Assembly: GCA_025352665.1 (NCBI GenBank)
Contig: JANXSM010000054.1
Location: 7,027 to 71,026, forward strand
From: Rhodospirillales bacterium
GTDB taxonomy: Bacteria > Pseudomonadota > Alphaproteobacteria > Acetobacterales > Acetobacteraceae
Reading direction: 5' to 3'
Length of the DNA stretch: 64,000 nucleotides
The first letter of the stretch is position 1. Each line of letters begins with the position of its first letter. The notes under the pieces are model-generated. The model ran no database searches, was not told where the DNA came from, and worked only from the letters and a program-made list of their open reading frames with translations. Shown here in pieces: positions 53,259-62,856 of the stretch. A program made the translations under genes and the position numbers.

Positions 53259-54232
53259 ACCCGCTGCTCTCCGTCCGCGGCCTCGGCATCTCCATAGGCC
53301 CCGCCAATCCGGTCGACAGCGTCTCGTTCGACGTGAACGCCTCTGAGATGCTCGGCATCGTCGGCGAATCGGGCTCCGGCAAAAGCCTCACCCTGCGCGC
53401 CCTGTTGCAACTGCTGCCGCCGCACGCCCGCACCACCGGCACCGCCACCTGGCAGGGCCGCGACCTGCTGGCCATGCCTGCCGACGACATCCGCCGCGTC
53501 CGCGGCCGCGAAGTCGCTGTGATCTACCAGGAACCGATGACAGCACTCGACCCGGTGCTGACGATCGGCCTGCAGATCACCGAAAGCCTCAACGTCCATC
53601 TCGGCCTGCGCGGGGCCGCCGCCCGCGTCCGCGCGGTCCAGTTGCTCGACCGCGTCGGCATCCCCGACGCCAAGCGACGGCTCGACAACTACCCGCATGA
53701 ATTCTCCGGCGGCATGCGCCAGCGCGCCATGATCGCCATCGCACTTGCCGCCGAGCCGAAGCTGCTGCTGGCCGACGAGCCGACCACGGCGCTCGATGTC
53801 ACCATCCAGGACCAGATCCTCAAGCTGCTGCTCCAGCTCAAGGAGGACCTGCACATGAGCGTCATCCTGGTCACCCACGATCTCGGCATCGTCGCCGGCA
53901 CCTGCGACCGGGTCGCCGTGATGTACGCCGGGCGCATCATGGAATCAGGCCCGGTCTACTCGGTGTTCCGCGCTCCCGCCCATGCCTACACGCTGGGCCT
54001 CATGCGCTCGGTGCCCAACCCTGCCCACGCCCGCCAGCTCCTTTCGGGCATCTCCGGCACCCCGCCGGAGCCTTCGCACATGCCGCCTGGCTGCCGCTTC
54101 GCCCCCCGCTGCGGCTTCGCCACACCTCAGTGCAGCGAAGCCCCACCGCCCTTGCGTGAATGCGGGCCTGCACATCAAACCGCCTGCATCCACGCCGATC
54201 GTATCCGGCAATCCGTGCGGGTCACGGCATGA
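53255..54232 (+). CDS. ABC transporter ATP-binding protein (DppD/NikD-like)
   Basis: Walker A 'GESGSGKS', signature 'FSGGMRQR', Walker B '[12 protein letters not shown]'. ATGA overlap upstream. Confidence 0.9.
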   Translation: MNPLLSVRGLGISIGPANPVDSVSFDVNASEMLGIVGESGSGKSLTLRALLQLLPPHARTTGTATWQGRDLLAMPADDIRRVRGREVAVIYQEPMTALDPVLTIGLQITESLNVHLGLRGAAARVRAVQLLDRVGIPDAKRRLDNYPHEFSGGMRQRAMIAIALAAEPKLLLADEPTTALDVTIQDQILKLLLQLKEDLHMSVILVTHDLGIVAGTCDRVAVMYAGRIMESGPVYSVFRAPAHAYTLGLMRSVPNPAHARQLLSGISGTPPEPSHMPPGCRFAPRCGFATPQCSEAPPPLRECGPAHQTACIHADRIRQSVRVTA

Positions 54233-55218
54233 GCGCCTTGCTGGTGGCAGACGATCTCGCGCGATCATTCCCGGGCCGCCGCGGGCTCGCCAATCTGCTG
54301 CGCGGCGCACCGCCACGGGTACGCGCGCTGAACGGCGTCAGCCTGCATGTCGATCGCGGCGAAACGCTCGCCATCGTCGGCGAGTCAGGATGCGGAAAAT
54401 CCACCCTCGCCCGCGCCCTGGTCCGCCTGATCGATCTCGACGAAGGGCAGATTTCGTTCGATGGCATGGACGTGCGCAGCCTCGCCGGCCCGGAACTGCG
54501 CCGCTACAATCGCCGTGTGCAGATGGTGTTCCAGGACCCCTATGGCTCGCTGAACCCACGCATGACCGTGGGCCAAATCCTGGAAGAAGCATTGGCGGTG
54601 CACAACATGGTGCCCGCCCCGCAGCGCCGCGCGCGGGTGGTGGAGCTGCTCTCCCTCGTGCGCTTGCCAGCCGATGCCGCCTCCCGCCTGCCGCATGAAT
54701 TCTCCGGCGGCCAGCGCCAACGCATCGCCATCGCCCGCGCGCTCTCCATCGAGCCCGACCTGCTGATCGCCGACGAGATCGTCTCGGCCCTGGACGTCTC
54801 AGTACAGGCACAGATCCTCAACCTGCTGCTCGACCTGCAGCAACGCCTCGGTCTCGCAATCCTGTTCGTCTCGCACGACCTGCGCGTCGTCCGCCACCTC
54901 GCCCATCGCGTCGCCATCATGTATCTCGGCCGTGTGGTCGAGGTCGGCCCGGCCGATGCGGTGTTCGACACCCCCCGCCACCCCTACACCCAGGCCCTGC
55001 TCCGCGCCGCCCCCAGCATGGAGCCGCCGGAACCGGGCACCACAAGGCCCAATCGCACTGCGGCCTTGACCGGAGAATTGCCAAGCCCGCTGAACATTCC
55101 AACGGGATGCCCGTTCCACCCCCGCTGCCCCGAGGCGCGCGACCGATGCACCACCGACGTGCCGCCCGTTCACGTCGGCGAACGCAGGCACACGGCAACC
55201 TGCCACCTTCTGGACTGA
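54229..55218 (+). CDS. ABC transporter ATP-binding protein (DppF/NikE-like)
   Basis: 'GESGCGKST', 'FSGGQRQR', 'LLIADEIVSALD'. ATGA overlap upstream. Confidence 0.9.
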   Translation: MSALLVADDLARSFPGRRGLANLLRGAPPRVRALNGVSLHVDRGETLAIVGESGCGKSTLARALVRLIDLDEGQISFDGMDVRSLAGPELRRYNRRVQMVFQDPYGSLNPRMTVGQILEEALAVHNMVPAPQRRARVVELLSLVRLPADAASRLPHEFSGGQRQRIAIARALSIEPDLLIADEIVSALDVSVQAQILNLLLDLQQRLGLAILFVSHDLRVVRHLAHRVAIMYLGRVVEVGPADAVFDTPRHPYTQALLRAAPSMEPPEPGTTRPNRTAALTGELPSPLNIPTGCPFHPRCPEARDRCTTDVPPVHVGERRHTATCHLLD

Positions 55219-55272
55219 TGCAACCGGACGGCAGGGCTGGCGGTACCGCACGGTTGCAGCCAGGCGGCTCCC

Positions 55273-56438
55273 GTGACTCTCCACATCCACCTGGATCCGA
55301 TCGGCGGCATCGCCGGCAATATGTTCGTGGCGGCCATGGCGCAGGCGTTTCCGGAGCATGCGGATCGCGCCCTCGCCGTGTCCGCCATGGTGTCGGGTAC
55401 CGCGTGTCGGCTGCAACACCACAGTGATGCCGTGCTTGCCGGCCGGCGCTTTGCGGTGGAGGAACAATCCCCATCGCCCGACCATGCCAGTTGGAGAAAT
55501 ATCCGCCCACGCATCGAACAATCTGCCCTGTCGGCCGGAATAAAAGCTCACGCCATCGCAATATTCGCGGTGCTGGCGGAGGCAGAAACCGTCGTGCATG
55601 GCGTGGCGATGCAGGATGTCAGCTTCCATGAGGTCGGTGCCACCGATTCGATCGCCGACATCGTGGCCGCCGCCGCCTTCATCGAAGCGGTGTCCCCGGC
55701 CAGCTGGAGTATCAGCGCGCTTCCCCTCGGTGGCGGAATGATCCGCACCGCACACGGCAGCATGCCGGTGCCGGCGCCGGCCACCGCGTTGCTGCTCGAA
55801 GGCTTTGAAATGGTGGACGACGGCATTCCCGGCGAACGCGTCACCCCGACCGGAGCCGCTATTCTCCGCCACCTCGGCGCCAGGCAGCGGCCGCGCGGCG
55901 GCGTGATGCGCAGCACCGGTTTCGGCTTCGGTACACGCCAGCTGCCAGGTCACAGCAACGTTCTGCGCGTGCTCGCCTTCGAAACGACCGAACCGGCAGC
56001 CGACCCTGCGCACCGCAACCTTGCCGTCATTACCTTCGAAGTCGATGATCAGTCGGCAGAGGAGCTTGCCGCCGGTCTGGATCGCCTGCGCGCCAATCCC
56101 GCGGTGCACGATGTTCTGCAGCTCGCAGCCTATGGCAAGAAAGGACGCCTGGCGACGCAGATCCAAGTGCTCGCGAGGCCCGAGTCGTTGGACGCCGTCA
56201 TCGACGCGTGCTTCCTCGAGACCACCACGATCGGCCTGCGCACCCAGATCGTGCAGGCCCGCGCCCTGAAACGTGAACTGCGCAGCCTTTTGGTGGATGG
56301 CGTTCCAGTCGGGGTCAAACGTGTCGAGCGCCCAGGCGGTGCAACCGGCAAGGCGGAGCCGGACGATGTCGGCAGCGGTCAGTGCAGCACCCCCAAGCGC
56401 AGCGCCGGTGGTGGAAACGCTGCAAGACGGCGACATGA
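55273..56438 (+). CDS. larC: LarC-family (DUF111) nickel-insertion protein, reading frame disrupted near the 3' end
   Basis: 'HLDPIGGIAGNMF', 'FHEVGATDSIADIV', '..GERVTPTGAAIL..'. The annotated frame has no stop until 57417. One extra C in the C5 run 56390-56394 would give a 388-aa protein ending in a TGA that overlaps the next gene's ATG. Confidence 0.7.
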
Positions 56439-57349
56439 AGTTTCGCATCCTCGGCGAAACCGGCGAGCTTGTGTCCCTGGTCGGTCTCGGCGGCTTTCAT
56501 CTCGCCAGGCCCGGCCCACAGGCACCCAGCACGGACGACGCCATCCGCATCATGCGAACCGGCATCGATGCCGGCGTCAACTTCTGCGACGACTGCTGGG
56601 ACTACAACGGCGGCGAAAGCGAAGTCCGCCTCGGCAAGGCGCTGCGCGACGGCTATCGTCCCCGGGCCTTCGTCATGACCAAGATCGACGGTCGCACCAG
56701 TGCCGCCGCGATGGGCCAGATCGAAACCTCGCTGCGCCGGCTCCAGACCGATCATATCGACCTGATCCAGTTCCACGAGATCATCCGCATGGACGACCCC
56801 GACCGCGTGTTCGCCCAAGGTGGCGCGCTGCAGGCGGTGCTGCGGGCGCGCGAACAGGGCAAGATCCGCCATATCGGCTTCACCGGCCACAAGAGCCCGG
56901 CGATCCATCGGGCGATGTTCGAAACCGCGGCTCGCCACAACTTCCGTTTCGACACCGTGCAGATGCTGGTCAACATCATGGATGCGCATTTCGACAGCTT
57001 CGCCAACACCATCTTCCCGATCGCCCAGCAGCAAAAAACCGCTGTGTTGGCCATGAAGACGTTCGGCGACAGCTTCATTCTCGCCACCGGCGTGGCCGAG
57101 CCGATCGAGATGCTGCACTCCTCCATGAGCCAACCGGTTGCCGTGGTCGTGACCGGCTGCGACAATATGGACGTGCTCGCCCAGGCATTGCGCGCGGTGC
57201 GCAGCTGCACGCCGATGTCGGCCGACGCCCAGCGCGAGTTGCTCGCCCGCTCGGCCGCAAAGGCACAGGACGGCGCGACCGAGCACTACAAAACCACGCA
57301 AATGTTCGACGGCACCACGGAGCACCCGGAGTGGCTGACCCCGGCCTGA
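56435..57349 (+). CDS. aldo/keto reductase
   Basis: 'MKFRILGETGELVSLVGLGGFH', 'GVNFCDDCWDYNGGESEVRLGKAL', 'HIDLIQFHE'. 304 aa. Confidence 0.85.
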   Translation: MKFRILGETGELVSLVGLGGFHLARPGPQAPSTDDAIRIMRTGIDAGVNFCDDCWDYNGGESEVRLGKALRDGYRPRAFVMTKIDGRTSAAAMGQIETSLRRLQTDHIDLIQFHEIIRMDDPDRVFAQGGALQAVLRAREQGKIRHIGFTGHKSPAIHRAMFETAARHNFRFDTVQMLVNIMDAHFDSFANTIFPIAQQQKTAVLAMKTFGDSFILATGVAEPIEMLHSSMSQPVAVVVTGCDNMDVLAQALRAVRSCTPMSADAQRELLARSAAKAQDGATEHYKTTQMFDGTTEHPEWLTPA

Positions 57350-57460
57350 CGGTAACTGATACCAGCCCTACGAATTTCTGCGCGAGGTTTCGCCGCTTGG
57401 CCTACAGGATCCTGTGACGCGAATGCCGCATCGCGGCTGTCGGGGTGGGAGGCTGTGGGA

Positions 57461-59008
57461 ATGGATGACGTGAAGCTGATCGCAGGCAGCGTGACGCTGG
57501 TGGCATGGCGGGCGATCTATCGTGGCGCCGGTGTTGCGCTGGATCCCGGCTGCCGTGGCGGCGTGGCCCGCAGCGCCGAGACGGTCGCCGCCATCGTCGA
57601 TCGGGGTGAAGCCGTCTACGGCATCAACACCGGCTTCGGAAAACTTGCCAATGTGCGCATCGGCGCCGCTGACCTGGCGACGCTCCAGCGCAACATCGTC
57701 CTGTCCCACGCAGCAGGCGTGGGCGACCCACTGCCCGTGTCCGTGGTGCGGCTGGTGATGGCGCTGAAGCTTTCGAACCTGGCGCAGGGCGCCTCCGGCG
57801 TGCGGCTTGAAACACTGGATCATCTGGCCGCCTGCCTGGAACACGGGCTGATCCCCGCCATCCCCGGCCAGGGTTCGGTTGGCGCCTCCGGTGATCTGGC
57901 ACCGCTTGCGCATATGACGGCTGGGATGATGGGGATCGGCGACATGATCGTGGCCGGCCAGACCATGCCGGCGGCAGACGCGCTGGCCCGCGCCGGATTG
58001 CGCCCCCTGGTGCTCGGCCCGAAGGAGGGCCTGGCCCTGCTCAACGGCACGCAGGTCTCCACCGGCCTCGCCCTCGCTGGGCTGTTCGAAGCCGAGCGCG
58101 TGTTCCGGTCGGGCCTGATCACCGGCGCCATGACCACCGATGCCGCTCGCGGCTCCGACGGGCCGTTCGACCCGCGCATCCACGCCGTGCGCCGCCACAA
58201 GGGCCAGATCGAGGTCGCCGAAAGCCTGCGCGCAATGATGGCGAACAGCCCGATCCGGGCCTCGCATCTGGTGGATGACGAGCGCGTACAGGACCCCTAT
58301 TGCCTGCGCTGCCAGCCGCAGGTGATGGGTGCCGTGCTGGACCTGCTGCGCCAGGCCGGAACCACCCTGGCCATCGAGGCCAACGGCGTTTCCGACAATC
58401 CGCTGGTGTTCCCAGCCGAGGGCGAGGTTATCTCCGGCGGCAATTTCCATGCGGAGCCAGTGGCCTTTGCCGCCGACATGATCGCCATGGCGTTGTGCGA
58501 AATCGGCTCCATCGCCGAGCGGCGCGTGGCGATGCTGGTGGACCCGGTGCTGTCCGGCCTGCCGGCGTTCCTCACGCCAAAACCCGGCCTCAACTCCGGC
58601 TTCATGATCCCCCAGGTGACCGCGGCCGCATTGGTTGCTGAAAACCGCCAGCGCGCCTTCCCCGCCAGCGTCGATTCGATCCCAACCTCCGCCAACCAGG
58701 AGGACCATGTCTCCATGGCCACCCACGGCGCACGGCGGCTGCTGGCGATGGCGGCCAACACGGCTGGGATCATCGGCATCGAGTTGCTGGCCGCAGCCCA
58801 AGGCTGCGACTTCCGGGCACCGCTGCTGTCGAGCCCGGCTTTGGAACAGGCGCGAATCTGCCTGCGCAAACGGGTCGCGAAACTGGAGGAGGATCGCTAT
58901 CTCGCCCCCGACATCGCCCTTGCCACGCAGCTGGTGACATCCGGCGAGCTGATAGCGGCGATCCACCTGCGACTGCCCACCGTTGCCGAGGCCGTCGATC
59001 TCGCCTGA
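57461..59008 (+). CDS. hutH: histidine ammonia-lyase
   Basis: MIO-forming '[15 protein letters not shown]' and HAL-type '[11 protein letters not shown]'. ATG at 57461 follows a GGGAGG SD. Confidence 0.85.
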   Translation: MDDVKLIAGSVTLVAWRAIYRGAGVALDPGCRGGVARSAETVAAIVDRGEAVYGINTGFGKLANVRIGAADLATLQRNIVLSHAAGVGDPLPVSVVRLVMALKLSNLAQGASGVRLETLDHLAACLEHGLIPAIPGQGSVGASGDLAPLAHMTAGMMGIGDMIVAGQTMPAADALARAGLRPLVLGPKEGLALLNGTQVSTGLALAGLFEAERVFRSGLITGAMTTDAARGSDGPFDPRIHAVRRHKGQIEVAESLRAMMANSPIRASHLVDDERVQDPYCLRCQPQVMGAVLDLLRQAGTTLAIEANGVSDNPLVFPAEGEVISGGNFHAEPVAFAADMIAMALCEIGSIAERRVAMLVDPVLSGLPAFLTPKPGLNSGFMIPQVTAAALVAENRQRAFPASVDSIPTSANQEDHVSMATHGARRLLAMAANTAGIIGIELLAAAQGCDFRAPLLSSPALEQARICLRKRVAKLEEDRYLAPDIALATQLVTSGELIAAIHLRLPTVAEAVDLA

Positions 59009-59029
59009 TACGAGCAGGAGCAAAACCCG

Positions 59030-60493
59030 ATGAAGATCTTCATGGCTGCGTTGGCTACCGAAACGAACACCTTCTCCCCAATCCCGACCGGTCGGGCGAG
59101 TTTTCTGTCGCGCGAGTTCTTTCGTAACGACGCCAGCCGCAATCCCCCCGTGTTCGCCTCGATCGCCCTGATCGCGTGGCGCAAACGCGGCGAGGCGGAG
59201 GGGCACGATGTGGCCGAAAGCCTATGCGCCTTCGCCCAGCCGGCCGGCACCACACTGGGGCCGGTGTATGAGGAATTCCGCGACATGATCCTGGACGATC
59301 TGCGCGCGGCCGGCCCCGTCGACCTGGTGCTGCTGTTCATGCACGGTGCCATGGTGGCGCATGGCTACGACGATTGCGAAGGCGACACGCTCGCCCATGT
59401 GCGCGCGATCGTCGGGCCCGATGTCACCGTCGGCATCGAGCTCGACCTGCATTGCCACCTGACCGAACAGATGCGCGAGAACGCCGACGTCATCATCACC
59501 TTCAAGGAATACCCGCATATCGACATGGCCGAACGGGCCGTCGAGCTTTACGACATCTGCACCGCCGCAGCCACGGGCCAGGTGAAGCCGGTGATCGCCT
59601 ATCACGACTGCCGCATGGTCAACATGTGGCGCACGCCGATGGAGCCGGTGAAGTCCTTCGTGGCAAAGATGCAGTCTTTGGAAGGCCACAACGGCATTCT
59701 CTCGGTTTCGTTCGGCCATGGCTTTCCCTGGGCCGATGTCGAGGAGGTCGGCGCCAAGATCGTGGTGGTGGCCGATGGCGACATGGCCGGCGCGGAAGCC
59801 ACGGCGAAATCGCTCGGCGAGGAGATCTGGGCGCTGCGCGAGCTCACCCCGCACGACACGATCGACGAGGGGATCGACGCCGCACTGGTCGGCGAAGGTC
59901 CAGTGGTGCTCGCCGATGTCGCCGACAACGCCGGCGGCGGAGCGCCCTCCGACAACACCGAAATCCTGCGCCGCCTGGTGGACCGCGGCGTCCACGGCGC
60001 CGTCATCGGCTGCTTCTGGGACCCGGTTTCAGTACAATTCTGCATGGAGGCCGGTGTGGGTGCCAGCTTCCCGTTGCGCATCGGCGGCAAGTGCGGCCCC
60101 GCATCCGGCGCACCCGTCGATCTGATGGTGACGGTATGTGGAGTGTCGGAGGATTACAGCGGCCCCGGCCTCAGCGGCGGGCGCGTGGCGATGGGCCCAA
60201 GCGTCTGGGTACACGCCGACGGCATCGACATCGTTCTGATCACCAAGCGCAATCAGGTGTTCGCACCGGAGGCCTTCACCGGCCTGGGCATAACGCTTGC
60301 CGACAAATCCGTGATCGTTGTCAAATCCACGCAGCATTTCTACGCGGCGTTTGCGCCGATCGCACACTCGATCCGTTTCGTGGCCACCGACGGCGCGATA
60401 CCGCCGGTGTTCGACACGATCCCGTTCACCAAGCGCACCAAGCCGTTCTGGCCGCGCGTGGCCGATCCGTTCGAAGGCGTGAACGAAGCCTGA
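59030..60493 (+). CDS. M81-family metallopeptidase (MlrC-like)
   Basis: 'MKIFMAALATETNTFSP' N-terminus typical of the MlrC family. 487 aa. Confidence 0.75.
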   Translation: MKIFMAALATETNTFSPIPTGRASFLSREFFRNDASRNPPVFASIALIAWRKRGEAEGHDVAESLCAFAQPAGTTLGPVYEEFRDMILDDLRAAGPVDLVLLFMHGAMVAHGYDDCEGDTLAHVRAIVGPDVTVGIELDLHCHLTEQMRENADVIITFKEYPHIDMAERAVELYDICTAAATGQVKPVIAYHDCRMVNMWRTPMEPVKSFVAKMQSLEGHNGILSVSFGHGFPWADVEEVGAKIVVVADGDMAGAEATAKSLGEEIWALRELTPHDTIDEGIDAALVGEGPVVLADVADNAGGGAPSDNTEILRRLVDRGVHGAVIGCFWDPVSVQFCMEAGVGASFPLRIGGKCGPASGAPVDLMVTVCGVSEDYSGPGLSGGRVAMGPSVWVHADGIDIVLITKRNQVFAPEAFTGLGITLADKSVIVVKSTQHFYAAFAPIAHSIRFVATDGAIPPVFDTIPFTKRTKPFWPRVADPFEGVNEA

Positions 60494-60763
60494 TCGGCGT
60501 TCAGGAATGCTCAGCCAACCGATCCGGTTGTCGTGCGATACACCCATCGCACCCCACGACATGGCCGGCACGGGAAGGGCGCTGCCATCGAGAGCGGGCC
60601 AGGGTGTGCAGATCCGCTCATTCTGTCGATGTCAGCCACGCTTCCGGTCGGCGGCGCGGGGTCAAGGGTCGCGCTTGCGACCGCCGCAGGCGGCGTGCCC
60701 TTGAGGCCGCGTCGCCGACCAGAAGACAATCGCATCGCGACAGACGGCACACCCAAACAGCCA

Positions 60764-61933
60764 TCACGCGGCCATCCCAGCAGCAAACCCGCTTGACCAC
60801 GCCCACTGGAAATTATAACCGCCCAGCCATCCGGTGACATCGACAGCCTCGCCGATGACGAACAGGCCGCTCACCTTATGCGCCTGCATGGTGCGCTGAG
60901 ACAGCTCAGCCGTGTCGATTCCGCCAAGTGTCACCTCGGCCTTTGCGTAACCCTCGGTGCCGGAGGGTTTCAGCCGCCAGGCGGAAAGGCGCTCGGCGGT
61001 CTGGGTCAGCACCCGGTCCGGCAGGTTGGCAAGTTCCGGTCCCGGCTCGGCCAAAACAGCTGCGAGACGTTGCGGCAGAAGATCTGCCAGCAGGCTGCGC
61101 AACCCCGCGCGTGGCCGATCGCGTTTGCCGGCCAGCAGCACCGCTCGCGCGTCCTGACCTGGCAGCAAGTTGAGTGCCACGTCCAAACCTTCTCGCCAAA
61201 ATGTGGAGATCTGCAAAATGGCCGGGCCGGACAGCCCGCGATGGGTGAACAGCAGCGCCTCGGCAAACCGCGCCTTGCCACAGCTGGCAACGATTGGAAT
61301 CGCGAGGCCGCTGAGCGGGCGCATCAGGTCGAGTGCGGCACCCTCGAAGGTCAGCGGCACCAGCCCGGGGCGGATCTCGGCCAGCTTGAGGTCGAACTGC
61401 CGCGCCAGCTGATGCGCAAAACCGGTCGCACCCATTTTCGGAATGGACAAGCCGCCGGTGGCCAGCACCAGAGAAGCCGCGCAGAAAACGCCGTGGCTGG
61501 TCGCCACCCGAAACGCCTCGCCACGGGTGACTTCGCTCACCTTGCACCCCAATCGCAGATCCACCTGCACCGCGGCACATTCGGCCAGCAGCAGATCGAC
61601 GATCTGCCGCGCCGAGCCGTCGCAGAACAACTGCCCCAGCGTTTTCTCGTGCCAGGCGATGCGGTGCTTTTCAACCAGCGCCAGGAAGTCGCGCGGCGTG
61701 TAGGCCGCCAGCACCGCACGGGGAAAGTTGCGATTCTGCGACAGAAAGCGTTCGGCGGCCGTGCCGGTATTGGTGAAGTTGCAGCGTCCGCCACCGGAAA
61801 TCAGGATCTTCTTGCCGGCTTCGTCCGCATGGTCCAGCAGCAGCACGCGCCGCCCCCGCGCGCCCGCCGTCATCGCGCACATCAGGCCGGCCGCACCGGC
61901 GCCGAGCACGATAACGTCATAGCTATTCACCAA
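60764..61933 (-). CDS. NAD(P)/FAD-dependent oxidoreductase, HI0933/YhiN family
   Basis: 'YDVIVLGAGAAGLMCA', 'ISGGGRCNFTN'. The start is TTG at 61933 or GTG at 61930. Confidence 0.85.
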   Translation of the reverse strand: MVNSYDVIVLGAGAAGLMCAMTAGARGRRVLLLDHADEAGKKILISGGGRCNFTNTGTAAERFLSQNRNFPRAVLAAYTPRDFLALVEKHRIAWHEKTLGQLFCDGSARQIVDLLLAECAAVQVDLRLGCKVSEVTRGEAFRVATSHGVFCAASLVLATGGLSIPKMGATGFAHQLARQFDLKLAEIRPGLVPLTFEGAALDLMRPLSGLAIPIVASCGKARFAEALLFTHRGLSGPAILQISTFWREGLDVALNLLPGQDARAVLLAGKRDRPRAGLRSLLADLLPQRLAAVLAEPGPELANLPDRVLTQTAERLSAWRLKPSGTEGYAKAEVTLGGIDTAELSQRTMQAHKVSGLFVIGEAVDVTGWLGGYNFQWAWSSGFAAGMAA

Positions 61934-61938
61934 CGGAG

Positions 61939-62856
61939 CTACGCGCCCACAAGGCCGCGGGCGAAATCCATCGGGAAGAACGGCCGCAGATCGCCCATCT
62001 GCTCGCCGACGCCCACGGCATGCACGGGCAAGCCGTATTCTTCGGCAAGAGCCACCACGATGCCGCCGCGCGCCGAGCCGTCCAGCTTGGTGACGATCAG
62101 GCCCGTCACGTCGACCATCTCCTTGAACACGCCCACTTGCTGCACCGCGTTCTGGCCGGTGGTGGCGTCCAGCACCAGCAGCACGCTGTGCGGGCAGCTC
62201 GGGTCTTGCTTGCGAATGACGCGGATAATCTTGGACAATTCTTCCATCAGAGCCGATTTATTGTGCAGCCGGCCGGCGGTATCGATCAGCAGCACGTCGA
62301 TCCCTTCCGCGCGGGCACGAGTCAACGCGTCGAACGCCAAGCCCGCGGCATCGGCATTGGGCGGCGCGAAGACCACGGGTGCTGCCGTTCGCTCGCCCCA
62401 TATCTGCAGCTGCTCGACGGCTGCGGCGCGGAACGTGTCCCCTGCCACCAGCATCGGCTTCAATCCCTGCTCACGATATTGCAAGGCGAGCTTGCCGATG
62501 GTGGTGGTTTTGCCGCTGCCGTTCACGCCAACCACGAGCACCACATGGGGAGCACGCTCTGGGTTGATCACCAAAGGCCGCGCGACCGGGGCCAGGATTT
62601 CGGCGATCTCCTCCGCCAGCGCCTGCTTCACCTCGGTGTCGGTCACTTCCTTGCCAAAGCGCGTGCGGCGAAAATTCGCGATGATGCGCCGGGTCACGTC
62701 GGTGCCGAGATCCGATCCGATCAGCAGATCCTCGAGATCGGCAAGAGCTGCCTCATCCAGCTTGCGCTTGGTGAAGACGGCGCCGATCCCCTCGGTCAGT
62801 TTTCCGGCAGACCGCGCGAGGCCCTGGGTGAGGCGGGAGAGAAAGCCGAGCGCCAT
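61939..62856 (-). CDS. ftsY: signal recognition particle receptor FtsY
   Basis: 'VVLVVGVNGSGKTTTIGKLA', 'DTAGRLHNK', 'IVTKLDGSARGG'. 305 aa. Confidence 0.95.
   Translation of the reverse strand: MALGFLSRLTQGLARSAGKLTEGIGAVFTKRKLDEAALADLEDLLIGSDLGTDVTRRIIANFRRTRFGKEVTDTEVKQALAEEIAEILAPVARPLVINPERAPHVVLVVGVNGSGKTTTIGKLALQYREQGLKPMLVAGDTFRAAAVEQLQIWGERTAAPVVFAPPNADAAGLAFDALTRARAEGIDVLLIDTAGRLHNKSALMEELSKIIRVIRKQDPSCPHSVLLVLDATTGQNAVQQVGVFKEMVDVTGLIVTKLDGSARGGIVVALAEEYGLPVHAVGVGEQMGDLRPFFPMDFARGLVGA

Noticed and set aside
56439-57417. 3' two-fifths of the 714-aa 'LarC' ORF as a real fusion or extension domain
   Set aside because: The sequence after about residue 375 is Arg/Pro-rich nonsense that overlaps the well-supported aldo/keto reductase gene in another frame. 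It is better explained by a 1-nt frame problem at the C5 run.
57461-59008. The ammonia-lyase as a tyrosine ammonia-lyase supplying an aryl starter for the aryl-polyene-type cluster
   Set aside because: The selectivity position reads 'LSHAAG' (Ser-His), the histidase signature, rather than the His-Leu or Phe-Leu of TAL/PAL enzymes. The gene is also 13.5 kb away on the other strand, separated by unrelated operons.
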